Notes: a model not told the origin generated them from the sequence alone. DNA of 64,000 nucleotides from Novakomyces olei (GCA_016906335.1 JADEYG010000002.1:1178001-1242000); one strand, 5' to 3'. Counted from the stretch's first letter, positions 12,302-23,500 are shown. Program-made: numbers and translations.

Positions 12302-13572
12302 TCATACAGTAGTATCTTCCCGTTTAACAGCAGCCTCCTCAATCTTGACTGCACCTTCAACGCCTTCGGGATACGCTCCATGCACAACGAGTTGATCAAC
12401 ATCGTTTGTTTCATATTTCAATGGTTTGCTCTCCACTTTCTCCTCGCCTTCCACCTTGCCATGCAGCAAATGAGGAGCCGCATTGGCTTTTGCCAGAAAA
12501 GGCCGTAACGGACACGTGCTGGCGTCAGACAGAGCGTGACGCGTAGAAGCTGCACAGCGCTGGCACGACTTTGCGTGCCGAATAAGCAGTATGTGCAAAG
12601 CGTATTTTACATCGTTCGGCACTCGCACATCTAAATGGTGATGAGCTTGGTCACGTGAAGCTCGAGCAGGCACCCAGCCAAGAGCACGTGTTAACCGGTA
12701 AACATGAGTATCAACGGCAAAAGAATCGCGTGCCAGACAAAACAGTAAAACGCAAGAAGCCGTTTTGGGTCCAATACCGTCAAAAGCAATGAGCTCCTCC
12801 ATAGCTTGCCTGTCCGAAAAAGTGGGCGAGTGCATATGATCCAGCGAGTATACTCCATAGCGAGAATAAACGGCCTTTAAGATTTCCTGGATACGACGGG
12901 CTTTGATGTTTGCCAGGCCGCCGCTTGCAATTGACTCTGCTACTTTTCCCACAGGAGCATTAGCAATTGCTTCCCAATTATGCCGTCCAAAGGCAGAGTC
13001 GAGTCCGAGTTTTGCACGTGAAGAGTTGGTATTGGTAGTCTGCACATTAGCAAAATGGTAAAAAAAAAAAAAAAAAAAAAAAATAGGCATAAACAGACTA
13101 AAATTGAATGGCAAACGAGTTGACAAACGAGCAAAATAACGAGTAAAATAACGAATTAGACAAACTGCAATAGTCCTAAACGTACATTTTGCGAAAGAAC
13201 AGTGCGCACTAGTGCGTCAAGCACAGACGGCACCTGACCACAATTGCCAGCGTCACTGTCTTCATGCTTCGTCAGAGCCTTTGCATCGGGTCGCTGAGGC
13301 ATTCCATGTCGGTCGACGAGGGCGCAAAGCACAGCGCGGCACTCTTGCGCTGATGGACGGGCGAATTCGGGGAAGGGAGATACGCCGAACGCATCGTCCA
13401 GTACTTTGAGTTTTTTATTACGCTGAGGCGAACTTTCGCCAATATTTGTGCGTGCACGTGAGCGTTTTGGCGACGCGACTAGAGCGGCTGTGGCCTTTGG
13501 AGCAGAAGAGGCAGCGGCGGCAGCGGCAGCGGCAGCGGCGGCGGCAGCTGCTTTCTGCCTTGTAACGGCCAT
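12302..13572 (-). CDS. HhH-GPD superfamily DNA glycosylase (endonuclease III-like); intron 13040-13185
   Basis: VLDALVRTVLSQN|TT, GGLANIKARRIQ, DGIGPKTASCVLLFCL, FAVDTHVYRL, HAKSCQRC...CPL. Confidence 0.9.
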
Positions 13573-14190
13573 TTGTCACATGGCTGTCTAATATTAATTA
13601 ATTATTACCAAATAAAAATAATTATGATGTCAAAATATTATTATTTACTAAATTCTTTCTTTATTCAGTCTACACTAAGCGATAAGATGGGCACAATATT
13701 GATTGGACTACGTTGCTCCATAATTTATTTCTTTCGTGATTAAAGCTCATGATTGAACTTTATTTCGAGCAGTTTTAGTTGACCATTTTGTCATTAATTT
13801 TGTCTCCTATTGTCTACACTCGTGTCCATCCACTCGTGTCCATCTACGCGTGTCTATTACTCGTATCTATTACTCGTGTCTATTACTTCGTGTCTGGGCT
13901 GTAATTCAGCTCTACTCATGATAAATACTCTCGTTACTTGATAATATTACCATATCAATATGCAATAAAAATAATTACATATCAAGTTGGTTTCAGACAG
14001 AAAAACTGAAGGAGCGAGATCAATAGATAGGTAATCGTTCGTCATACATTTACATGGCTAAAAGCCAATGTGGGGTACATAGAACGCGACGCGATCTTGA
14101 ATTGGCGCGCACAGCACAAAAGAACACAGCCAAACTATTCTGACGGCATAACTTTTACGACGAATATTTATTCAGTTTCCGAATGTTATA

Positions 14191-14813
14191 AGAGAGCGGA
14201 TCACCAATCTGGTGTACCACGAGATCGGGTAGATCGATCGGAGATATCTCAAAACTGAGCGTTGGCTGTATATATTATTATACAGATATTTAATCTTTTC
14301 AGATGCACACATAGCTATTATTATGGTAGGTCACTTGTCATTTATTCCACGCCCAAACAAGTAAGTATACAAGCGGTTTCCATTTATTATGAAACCGTTC
14401 TACGCTACAAGATTGCCACCAATGAATGATACACATATTATTCTGCGCTAGACAATCGAGGATGGTGGTGGTGACCAACGAGCCCCGAGGGCGTTACAGC
14501 TACATTGCACCTTTTGCGATATTGAAAAATCGCAATCGCAGTCAAGTGACGTCAAGACAATTTTGGGGACTTTATCAGCGTTTAGAAATGTTAAATATTT
14601 AGAAAAATTAAATATTGCGAAAGGTTAAATATTAAGAAAGATTAAATAATAAGAAAGGTTAAATATTAAGAAAGATTAAATAATAAGAAAGGTTAAATAT
14701 TAATATTAACGTTCGATGTCCACAGTAGAGGTTCGCCGTAGATTATGTGCACTCGTTTTTCGCGTGAATAATTTCCACGTGGTCGTCGTCTCCATATCGA
14801 TCGCGAGATCGAT
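14191..14813. promoter_or_regulatory. Candidate White Collar Complex (light/clock) elements upstream of frq
   Basis: GATC cluster at 14199, 14223, 14232, 14236 (GATCGA at 14232). Inverted repeat ATCGATC-N4-GATCGAT at 14796-14813. Function inferred from the Neurospora WCC GATCGA-type motif. Confidence 0.5.
14586..14708. repeat. AT-rich ~17-nt tandem repeat (AAGAAAGRTTAAATAWT) upstream of frq
   Basis: About 6-7 visible degenerate copies. Confidence 0.85.
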
Positions 14814-15492
14814 TAGTCGCCAAACTTGTTAATACATGATTTATCTATATTTAAGTATATGTACAGTTTACATTAGGAGTTATGTTACTTTTATACTAGT
14901 ATGCGAACCTGTATATAGGTAGAAATCTAGATTGTGATCCAGCAAGATCGTGCGACAAGGGACGCAATGCCGCCGTATGTATTGAGGACGGGGCAATAAA
15001 AGAAACGTGTTTAGACGTTTAACAAAGACAGCAGTATTGTACATTTGACATTTGCATATTGAGCATTGAATCATATCGAAAGGGCTGACTCGACGCAACC
15101 TTTTATCGGTACTCTGAAGCAGATTAAAATAATTAGCACGTCGTTCGGCCTACAACAAATCAGCCAAGTCAAGGATCAGTTGACAACAACATTATAAACC
15201 AATCGCTCGCTATTCAACGGTTGTTTTGTTAAACTAGAACGACACAGCCGACAAGTGGAAACAAAAGTTTGGCAGCGAAATCAAGTGATAACGTCCGTTG
15301 ACCCGCCGAAAAAGTCGTGAAATATTCTAAAACAGCTTCCGCTAGGATTCAAAGTCTATTTTAAACACTGACGGGTTTGCATATACGTCAAACTATATTT
15401 AGGGTTGCTCGACGCATTTATCCGAGTAAAGGCAAACTATTTTCGAATGATGACCAGCTCGTTCACTTGCTCCGATTAACATTTCTCTATCG

Positions 15493-18400
15493 ATGCAGGC
15501 TACGAACAACAGCTCTAGTCGGCCGAGTCGCCGTAGCGCACCAATCGAAGGCTTTAAGCCCGCCTTTCTTGATTTGGCCTCGCGCCCTCGCTTTGACCAT
15601 TCGCCTTTACCTTCAAGCGCTTTGCCCTCTACCAACTATACTTCGCTGCCTGCTGGATATGGCGTCACAACTGCTATTAGCAAACCTCATTTTTTCAGCA
15701 AAGACGATGCTCTTGGCTCGGTCACAGGGGTATCATTCATTATTTTTGATCAAATTTTAAGCTTATTTTTTTTTTTTTTTTTTCACTTTGACCTTTTCAT
15801 ACTAGGGACAATACTTACCCTTGAAGATGCCTAGCGAATACTATACGCAGCCTGCTCCTACGAGAAAATCCGAGGATTGGTTTGGCGATTTCAACTAGCC
15901 TGCCAATGTCCCAGAGACAATGCATCTTCCCGTCAGCTCAATCGATAAAGACAAGCCTTATTTTCAAAAGCACGTGACACAGCCAAAGAGTGGTCATAAA
16001 CGCCGAGCTCTCTCCTTCGAGTCGCGTGCTATGCGTCACCCGTCTCGGCAAAGTTCGTCATCAAAACGAAGTGCAGAGCCAAACGATGGACCAGTTGCTT
16101 TGGCGAGTAGTTCCGTTGCGGGTACGGCTTATAATGGATCAGAGCCAAGAGGCCGAGTACGGCGGAGAAGTGAGGAGGAAGAAGATGTTTACCGCAGTGT
16201 TATCGATGACTTGACTGTGAAAATCCAGCACATGCGTCGCAAAATCCGTAAACTGGAAAGCCGTGAGGCTCGACGGCTCAAACAGGATACACTGTTTGAA
16301 GTCCGTTTCCACCGTCTCGATAGTGAAAGTCGGGAAAGATTGGAGGAACTACTGCGCAATTTCACAGTCTCACTGCCCTCCAGTGCCGACATGAGTTTCA
16401 ATTCGAGTACGGCTAGGTCTGAAGATAGTGTACAGGCATCAAATTCTGGATCTTCAGCTATGATTACGCCATCTTCAGCACAACTTGGCAGACTTGTGGA
16501 AAGTAAACCGCAAACTGCTCCGGAATCGGCTGCTAGTGGATCACAATTCGATTCAGGGTTTTCGTCCATGTCTTCTGGCATGGAGGGGTATGGTGGCCGG
16601 GAAAGTACGCATTGTAATTTAGCGTCACAGATGGTGGATGATGCAGACCATAACTCTGACGTCAAAAAAGCGTATAAAATTATGTTGATGATCGAGATTG
16701 TCCTTTCCGAAGTAGCTACCGGCACCGACAGGGCGGTCGAGAGAGAAGTGCAAAAGAAGCCACACAGACAATTTAACCAGGAGGGCACGGAAAAGTCGTT
16801 TGGCGAAGCTTTACCATCCCCAAAGCCCGGCTTTCCACCCTTAAAAGTTCGGCTGAGCCTGGAGAAGCAAGAGAGTTTGAAGAAAATTGGCCTGCTCATC
16901 CCCTCGTTGCTGAACGGGGTGTACGAACGTTCCCTATCACCTTCTGGCCCGAGCTGGCTCGATCTCGCTTCAGTATGTGCAATTGCAAAGTCTTGCAATA
17001 TCAGCCTTTGCGAGTCGGATTTGCGTAACGCAATCTTGCGGTTTAGCAGGTCTCTCATCCTGAGTGCCGACAATAAGAGCGTGCGGTACGCAGGAACGCC
17101 CTTTGAGACAACCGGGTCAGCGGCCACTGACTCGAGAGGGTCAATGAGCACATACACTGGCGGCAGCAGCAGCAGCGGCGGCTTTTCCGATACGCAAAGG
17201 GCAAGAAGCCGTGTGCAACAACAGCCAAATGAACAAAAACCCCAGCCTGGAAATAAAAAAGACAGTACTCCCTTTGCCGTTAACGAAGCCGGCAGCCATG
17301 GAAGAGCCTCTCCACGATCAGCCTTGTCCGGAGCCGATGGAGGCAATCCCGTCATATACACTCCAGTACTGGCAAAATCTCAGCGGTCAGCTTCAACGCT
17401 GTCCGACACCGATTCTGGTTTCTCTGACAACGATGAAGAGGGTGCAGCGGCAGCGGCTACAGACACACACAGATCGTCGATAGACGCTCGTGTTTCAAAT
17501 GGCGGTGGCCCAGTAGTGTTTTTCAACTGCGGCCAGTTTTGTATAGACTTGTCGAGGCAGCCGGTCTCGCCACACGCACGGAGGTACTCGCCCGAGTATG
17601 AGCGGGTCTTTGTTGAAGAGCCATTAGGCTCTACAACACAGTCTCCTTTGCATTTAGCAGCTACCAGCGAGAAGGCAGGTGCCTTTCCCTTGCCCTTGCC
17701 CTCTACTTTTCCCTTTCTACCACTGACGCAGTCCGGTGTGGACGAGAGCCAGTTTGTACTTGTACCCGAGGCAGACGAGAAGCTGTGTGAAGTGAGGAAG
17801 CGAGCCTCCTTGGAGAGCAATTTCAAAGAGCCCAAAGAGCCCTACGCTCTTGCCGGCTTCAGTTTTCCTCCGCTCGAGTCTGGAGCCGTGGACACTCGCT
17901 ACATGCAGTCACTGCCGATGCAGGCTTACGGGACCTGTCTCCTCGTTGACCATCTCCAGTTCCATGTCGTTGACGAGTACTGCAAGATCCCAGTGGAGAC
18001 ATCTAGTGCTCATGTAATGGACAACCGAGTGCACAACGAGTTTCTTGCTGACAAGGGTATAAGGCATATGGTTTACGAGTACAGACTGGCGAATGCCTCG
18101 AGGCACAGGTTCGTTTTCCGTCAGCTGTTCAGTCTGCTGTTTCTGCTCCCGTCCTCTACGGGAGCAGCACTTGCCTCTGCAGCAAAGCGGCCCGTCTCCC
18201 TGGCCGAGCTGAGACAGGACTCGGACGGATCGCTGAGCGATGGGTTTGACTCGTTTGGATCCAGTGCTGCTTTAGAGGCAAAGCCGGACAGCAGCATCGA
18301 CTGTGATGCTCACAGTACACTGCCTGCAGGTCCTTTGGCTCCTATAGTGCCTTTGGCTCCTATAGTGCCTTTGGCTCCTATGGCTCCTATGGCTCCTATG

Positions 18401-19084
18401 GCTCCTATAGCCAATCGTGTAGGAAGCACGTCCAGTCGCAACGAGTATATCGACTCGAGCAAGCGGGACAGCGGGTCAATGACAGACATGGAAGTAGAGT
18501 CCTGCTCCTCTTCTTCTCAGCAGTCACTGTCCCTTCAGCCAAAGGCCGCTGATCGAGCAGTGCCAGTGGACAGGACAGCCACGACACAGAGCTCGCTTTC
18601 GTCTTCAAGGCAAAGCCGCAATATCCACGAGACACTGCTGGGCAAACTGGCACGTGAAAACAGCAAAAGGCAACAGCCGACTAGTCAGACTCTTGTTACA
18701 CACGAGAGCCTTGAACGGACGCCGACAGAGTCCTTTGGTGAAGGCGGTAGTGACCACTCCTCGGATTATTACGTGTCGGGCGCTCTGGCGGACAGGGTTT
18801 GTCCTCCAGACGCGAGTCTAATGCCCTCGAGTGCTGTTGAGAGCGGCCGAGATGGAGATAGTGCGGGAGAGCCTCCGAGTCTGCTCTCCAACATTGACGC
18901 AATGCGCCAGTTTAGGGATATAATGGGCCAGAGAGTCGTGCAAGCATCTCTGCAGTTTTCTCAGCAATGGACAGAGTCTCTGCATTTGCGGCCGACGCCA
19001 ACTGCCGCTCAACAAGGGCCGAACGAGACGGACGCAAGCATTGATGATGGATTTGACAGTAATGCCAGCGAGCGGTCTGCTTAG
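15493..19084 (+). CDS. frq: FREQUENCY circadian clock protein homolog. Uninterrupted ORF 15920-19084; upstream exon 15493-15729 and intron 15730-15805 are in frame but separated by TAG at 15896-15898
   Basis: FRQ motifs: PYFQK, YRSVIDDLTV coiled coil, LFEVRFHRL...LEELLRNF, LSADNKSVRY, GPVVFFNCGQFCIDLS, DHLQFHV. Ser-rich and largely disordered. Confidence 0.88.
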
Positions 19085-19267
19085 GGGGGTTTGTTTATTC
19101 CGGCAAAAGGTTTATGATGTTTATAATGATGATGGTGATGATGGTGATGATGATGATGATTAATGGTTGTGATTCGGTTTGCATCAGATTGAATCATACA
19201 AATACTATAATTTGGGTAGCATAAATAGCACATTATAATTACACCTTGGGTGATATTATACTTTGCA

Positions 19268-19786
19268 AGGGCGGTCTAGTAGATTAAGTTGGCTGACAAG
19301 GCAATTATTTGACAGTTATTTAGATTGGCCAGTAGATTCAAGTTGGCTAACAAGGCAGTTAATTTGACAGTTGTTTAGATTGGCCAGTAGATTCAAGTTG
19401 GCTAACAAGGCAGTTAATTTGACAGTTGTTTAGATTGGCTACTTTTAGATTGGCCAGTAGATTCAAGTTGGCTAACAAGGCAGTTAATTTGACAGTTGTT
19501 TAGATTGGCTACTTTTAGATTGGCCAGTAGATTCAAGTTGGCTAACAAGGCAATTAATTTGACAGTTGTTTAGAGTGGCTACTTTTAGATTGTCTACTTT
19601 TAGATTGGCCAGTAGATTCAAGTTGGCTAACAAGGCAATTAATTTGACAGTTGTTTAGAGTGGCTACTTTTAGATTGTCTACTTTTAGATTGGCCAGTAG
19701 ATTCAAGTTGGCTAACAAAGCAGTTAATTTGACAGCTGTTTAGATTGGCTACTTTTAGAGTGGCTAGTTTAGATTGGCTAGGGTTA
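19268..19786. repeat. Composite minisatellite: 55-nt unit x~7 interleaved with 15-nt TAGATTGGCTACTTT subunits, between convergent frq and aconitase 3' ends
   Basis: Units start at ~19268 (degenerate), 19321, 19376, 19446, 19516, 19601 and 19686. Confidence 0.95.
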
Positions 19787-19890
19787 TGGTTAGTAACGTT
19801 AACAAGTAGCGCTACTCAGGGTTAGGGTTATCATAAACATGAAGGCTGCAACAATCCTTCTCCTGCAGCACACAGCAGTCTAATCACTAT

Positions 19891-22869
19891 TTAAGCCAAT
19901 ATTTCAAGCTCGCTGATGCGCAGGACAGTGTACGGCTGTTTCTGTGGCACTGTGCGAATGTGCCGCCGCCTCTTTCGGTGGTTAATTTTTAGAATAAACT
20001 TTGACTTTGTCTGCTCAATCACAGTAGCAGTACAGCGGTACAAGCTCTCGCTGATAAAAGGCTTTCCGTGCAGCGTAAAGTCGCGCGTACCCAGCCGCGT
20101 TGCCTGTGTGAATCTGATACGCTGTCCCACACGGACTCTGCCACGTAAACGTACCGGCAGCGTTACTTGGTCGCCCCGGGTCACCATATACTTTTGCGAG
20201 TGCAGTTTTACCACAATGTACGGCTGCGGCTGTGCACGCATCCGCTCCAAGGCGCGCCTCAACGCCTCCTGAGCACCCGTGTCTCTTTCAGTACCCGTGT
20301 CTCTTTCAGTACCCGTGTCTCTTTCAGTACCCGTGTGCCTTTCAGTACCCGTGTGCCTTTCAGTACCCGTGTCTCTTTCAGTACCCGTGTCTCTTTCAGT
20401 ACCCGTGTCTCTTTCAGCTCTGGCGGCAGTGTGCATCTGCCTTTTGGCCAAATTGGCTGCTTGTGGAGCACTACCGACTCGCTGCGTTTGGGCACGGTTA
20501 CGGATACTATTCAGCGCGGAACCGGCGCGGAAAAACTCGAGCTGATCGGGCGACATTGTATGCTGTACCGGGATGGTAAACTCCACCTTATTTCCGTCAC
20601 GTTCACCTTCCACACATAAGGACACGGGCCCCGTGCCCTTATTGACAAGGCTAACGAGCCCGAGTGTACGCACCCGGTCTCCGGCACGGAGCACATCAAA
20701 GTCCGCCTCGTTGGCAAACGTGAGAGGCAGCATTCCCTGCTTTTTCAGGTTTGTTTCATGGATACGGGCAAAAGATTTTGCCAAAACTGCTTTGCCATTC
20801 ATAGCCCTGGGCTGTAAGGCAGCATGCTCTCTCGCACTGCCTTCGCCATAGTTGTGCTCTGCCACAACCAGCCAGGGCTGGCCACGGTCTTTTAACCGCC
20901 ACAGCCAGTCTGGAATCGAGAGCTTTTCTCTTGTGTTTGCCTCCGAATCATAGGCAGTATTAACCTCTCCCGTCTCTGCGTTTACGGCACCGATAAGCGT
21001 ATTGTTGCAAATATTGCTCAAATGGCCCTTGTACTTGAGCCATTTTCCGGCTGCTGAAATATGGTCAGTCGTGCACTTGCCTTTTACCCTCAGTGCCACT
21101 ACCAGATCCAGCTCTGCACCCGTCCAGGCGGGGAAAGGCTGCAGCAACTCGAGCCGGTCGCTGGCCGGATCCACCGCCACAATGACACTCGCGTCCCCTG
21201 ACGCAGGCGCAGCAGCCGGCAGGTAAGCAATATTGCCAGCATCAAACCCGGCACTCGGCAGTTGCGTGCCCCGCGGTGGGCGGAAGCGGAACTCGCTGCC
21301 GTCCGGAGCCACAAGGGAATCATTCACCGGATCAAAGCCCAAATCAGAGGCAAATATCTTGGCCGCCACTATCTCGGGACTGGCTAAAAAATTCATTGTC
21401 TTGGCATTGCCGTCGTTACGGGCCCGGAAATTACGGTTGAAGGAGGTCAGGATAGCATTGGTTCCTTGCTCGCTCTCGTCGGGTTTTCCGTCGGGTTTTC
21501 CATCGGGTTTTCCGTCGGGTTTTCCGTCGATTTTTCTGTCCCACATGCCGATACAGGGCCCACAAGCGTTGGCCAGCACGGTTGCGCCTGCCTCACGGAG
21601 CTGTGCGGTTAGGCCGTCGCGTTCAATAGTAGACCGGATCTGTTCCGATCCGGGCGTAACCAAGAACGGCGTCTTTGCCTTTAGGCCGGCAGCGGTTGCC
21701 TGGGCAACCACGTCAGCCACACGAGTCATATCTTCATAGGAGGAATTGGTACAGGACCCAATCAGCCCGGCGCTGAGCTGCTGAGGCCACTTGTTGGCCT
21801 CAATCGCTTTGCGAAAGCCGCTGAGAGGCGTTGTCAAGTCAGGCGTAAAGGGCCCATTCACGTGCGGCTCTAACCGGCTCAAATCTACATGGATGACATC
21901 ATCGTACTCGGCTCCCTCGTCGGCAGTGAGGTAGTTGTGGTCCGTGTGAGCTTTACGTGCCGCCTCTGCCACTGGCGCTCGTCCCGTAGAGTGCAAGTAA
22001 GCTTCCATGCTGCCGGTAAAGGGAAACACGGAGGTGGTAGCGCCAACTTCTGCACCCATATTGCACACTGTCGCCATCCCCGTGGCACTCAGCGTCTCCA
22101 CTCCAGGGCCACAGTACTCGAGGATTCGGCCAGTGCCGCCACGGACGCTTAGCCGGCCGGCGAGAGTGAGAATGAGATCCTTGGGCGCTGCCCAGCCGGA
22201 CAGCTGCCCCGTCAAATGCACTCCAACGACTTTAGGGCATTTAAGCTCCCACGGGGTCGCTGTCATTGCGTCAACGGCATCGGCTCCTCCGACGCCGATG
22301 GCAATCATGCCCAGTCCACCGGCATTGGGAGTGTGAGAATCCGTGCCCAGCATCAAGCCGCCAGGCGCAGCATAGTTCTCAAGCACAATCTGGTGGATAA
22401 TACCCGAGCCAGGGCCCCAAAACTGTATACCGTAGCGGCGAGCACAGGACTGTAGGAAATCAAAGATCTCCTGATTGCTGGCAATCGCGTCCCGCAAATC
22501 TTGAGCGCCTCCTTCCCGTCCAACGATAAGGTGGTCGCAGTGGATTGAGGCATCCACGAGCGTCCGATCGAGACCACAGGTCATAAATTGTAAGAGTGCC
22601 ATCTGTGCAGACGCGTCCTGCATTGCCACTCGATCAGGGCGCAGTTTCAAGTAAGACTCGCCACGCGGAGCGGCAGCTGCTTCGGACGAGTCCCACAGGT
22701 GGGCAAACAGGATTTTTTCCGCCAGCGTCAGCCGCCGCGGGCCAAGTACTCGGCGAACTTGAGCCAATTTGGCTCCCAGCCGTTTGTAGGGAGGCGTAAT
22801 GCGCCCATAGTCTGGCGCCGGCGCCAGCTGCGCCATTGAGCGGGCACCGCTGCGTGAAAGAGCCTGCAT
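19891..22869 (-). CDS. ACO2: Mitochondrial aconitase-family protein (Aco2/homocitrate dehydratase type) fused in frame to C-terminal mitoribosomal protein bL21m
   Basis: DRVAMQDASAQMA, HCDHLI, GTDSHTPNAGG, GSCTNSSYED, ACGPCIG, WLKYKGHL (Aco2-type K). The last ~115 aa (YIVVKLHSQKYMVTRGD...GTRDFTLHGKPFI...YTVLRISEL) match the bL21/Mrpl49 pattern. Confidence 0.93.
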   Translation of the reverse strand: MQALSRSGARSMAQLAPAPDYGRITPPYKRLGAKLAQVRRVLGPRRLTLAEKILFAHLWDSSEAAAAPRGESYLKLRPDRVAMQDASAQMALLQFMTCGLDRTLVDASIHCDHLIVGREGGAQDLRDAIASNQEIFDFLQSCARRYGIQFWGPGSGIIHQIVLENYAAPGGLMLGTDSHTPNAGGLGMIAIGVGGADAVDAMTATPWELKCPKVVGVHLTGQLSGWAAPKDLILTLAGRLSVRGGTGRILEYCGPGVETLSATGMATVCNMGAEVGATTSVFPFTGSMEAYLHSTGRAPVAEAARKAHTDHNYLTADEGAEYDDVIHVDLSRLEPHVNGPFTPDLTTPLSGFRKAIEANKWPQQLSAGLIGSCTNSSYEDMTRVADVVAQATAAGLKAKTPFLVTPGSEQIRSTIERDGLTAQLREAGATVLANACGPCIGMWDRKIDGKPDGKPDGKPDGKPDESEQGTNAILTSFNRNFRARNDGNAKTMNFLASPEIVAAKIFASDLGFDPVNDSLVAPDGSEFRFRPPRGTQLPSAGFDAGNIAYLPAAAPASGDASVIVAVDPASDRLELLQPFPAWTGAELDLVVALRVKGKCTTDHISAAGKWLKYKGHLSNICNNTLIGAVNAETGEVNTAYDSEANTREKLSIPDWLWRLKDRGQPWLVVAEHNYGEGSAREHAALQPRAMNGKAVLAKSFARIHETNLKKQGMLPLTFANEADFDVLRAGDRVRTLGLVSLVNKGTGPVSLCVEGERDGNKVEFTIPVQHTMSPDQLEFFRAGSALNSIRNRAQTQRVGSAPQAANLAKRQMHTAARAERDTGTERDTGTERDTGTERHTGTERHTGTERDTGTERDTGTERDTGAQEALRRALERMRAQPQPYIVVKLHSQKYMVTRGDQVTLPVRLRGRVRVGQRIRFTQATRLGTRDFTLHGKPFISESLYRCTATVIEQTKSKFILKINHRKRRRHIRTVPQKQPYTVLRISELEILA
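20273..20417 (-). repeat. Coding 18-nt repeat x8 (ERDTGT/ERHTGT) in the aconitase-bL21 linker
   Basis: Visible array TTTCAGTACCCGTGTSYC on the + strand. Confidence 0.95.
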
Positions 22870-23500
22870 TATAGCGTTAGTTGTTGGAGCTGTAGCTCTG
22901 CTGCCTTACCGCTCTGCCACGCAGTGCCGACATTGCGTTGTGTCTGGCAATGGTTTATTTGAAAAATTGTTTTTTTATTGTTTATTATTCTTGTTTGTCT
23001 AATATTCTTTTTATTATTACTGTTTTATATTACTATTTTTTATTGCTATATTTTATTACTATGTTTTATTACTATCTCTTATTTAATTAAACCTTGGGAT
23101 TACCACCAATTGTGTCATATAATATACAAAATAATCATAGATTTAAAAGAAATTGCTGCATAAATAATTCTACGACATTTATTGCCTTTTTTTTTTCTGC
23201 CAAAGTTGCACTTGAAATTGTACCGTCGGCAGCTTTTATACGTAGTTTTAAAGGATTAGTACTCGTGTGTATGGTGGAAATAAATCTGTCTGACTGAAAC
23301 AGCGAACCACATTGAGCCTAACAATAGACAGTGAATAGACAATGAGAATAGTAGCAAAGCACAGTAAACCAGTTGACAGCTGCTGGCATTGCTGGCAAGA
23401 ATAAGGAAGGGCGCCTTGTCTAGAAGGAAAATTATCGATGTTAGGCTACAAGGGAAACAACGATAATGGAATATTGACGTTATTACTGTGCAGTTGGCAG

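Noticed and set aside
15896-15898. Genome-wide TAG reassignment as the explanation of the frq stop
   Set aside because: TAG ends many conserved genes here at the expected position (GRX, HNT1, UFD1, EMG1, ALG14, TRX).
16189-17361. 390-aa antisense ORF inside frq
   Set aside because: No recognisable motifs; it mirrors the sense codons of a GC-balanced CDS. A non-coding antisense RNA is not excluded.
19268-19786. Repeat-spacer pattern resembling a CRISPR array
   Set aside because: Eukaryotic context, the spacers are copies of one 15-mer rather than unique sequences, and there are no cas genes.
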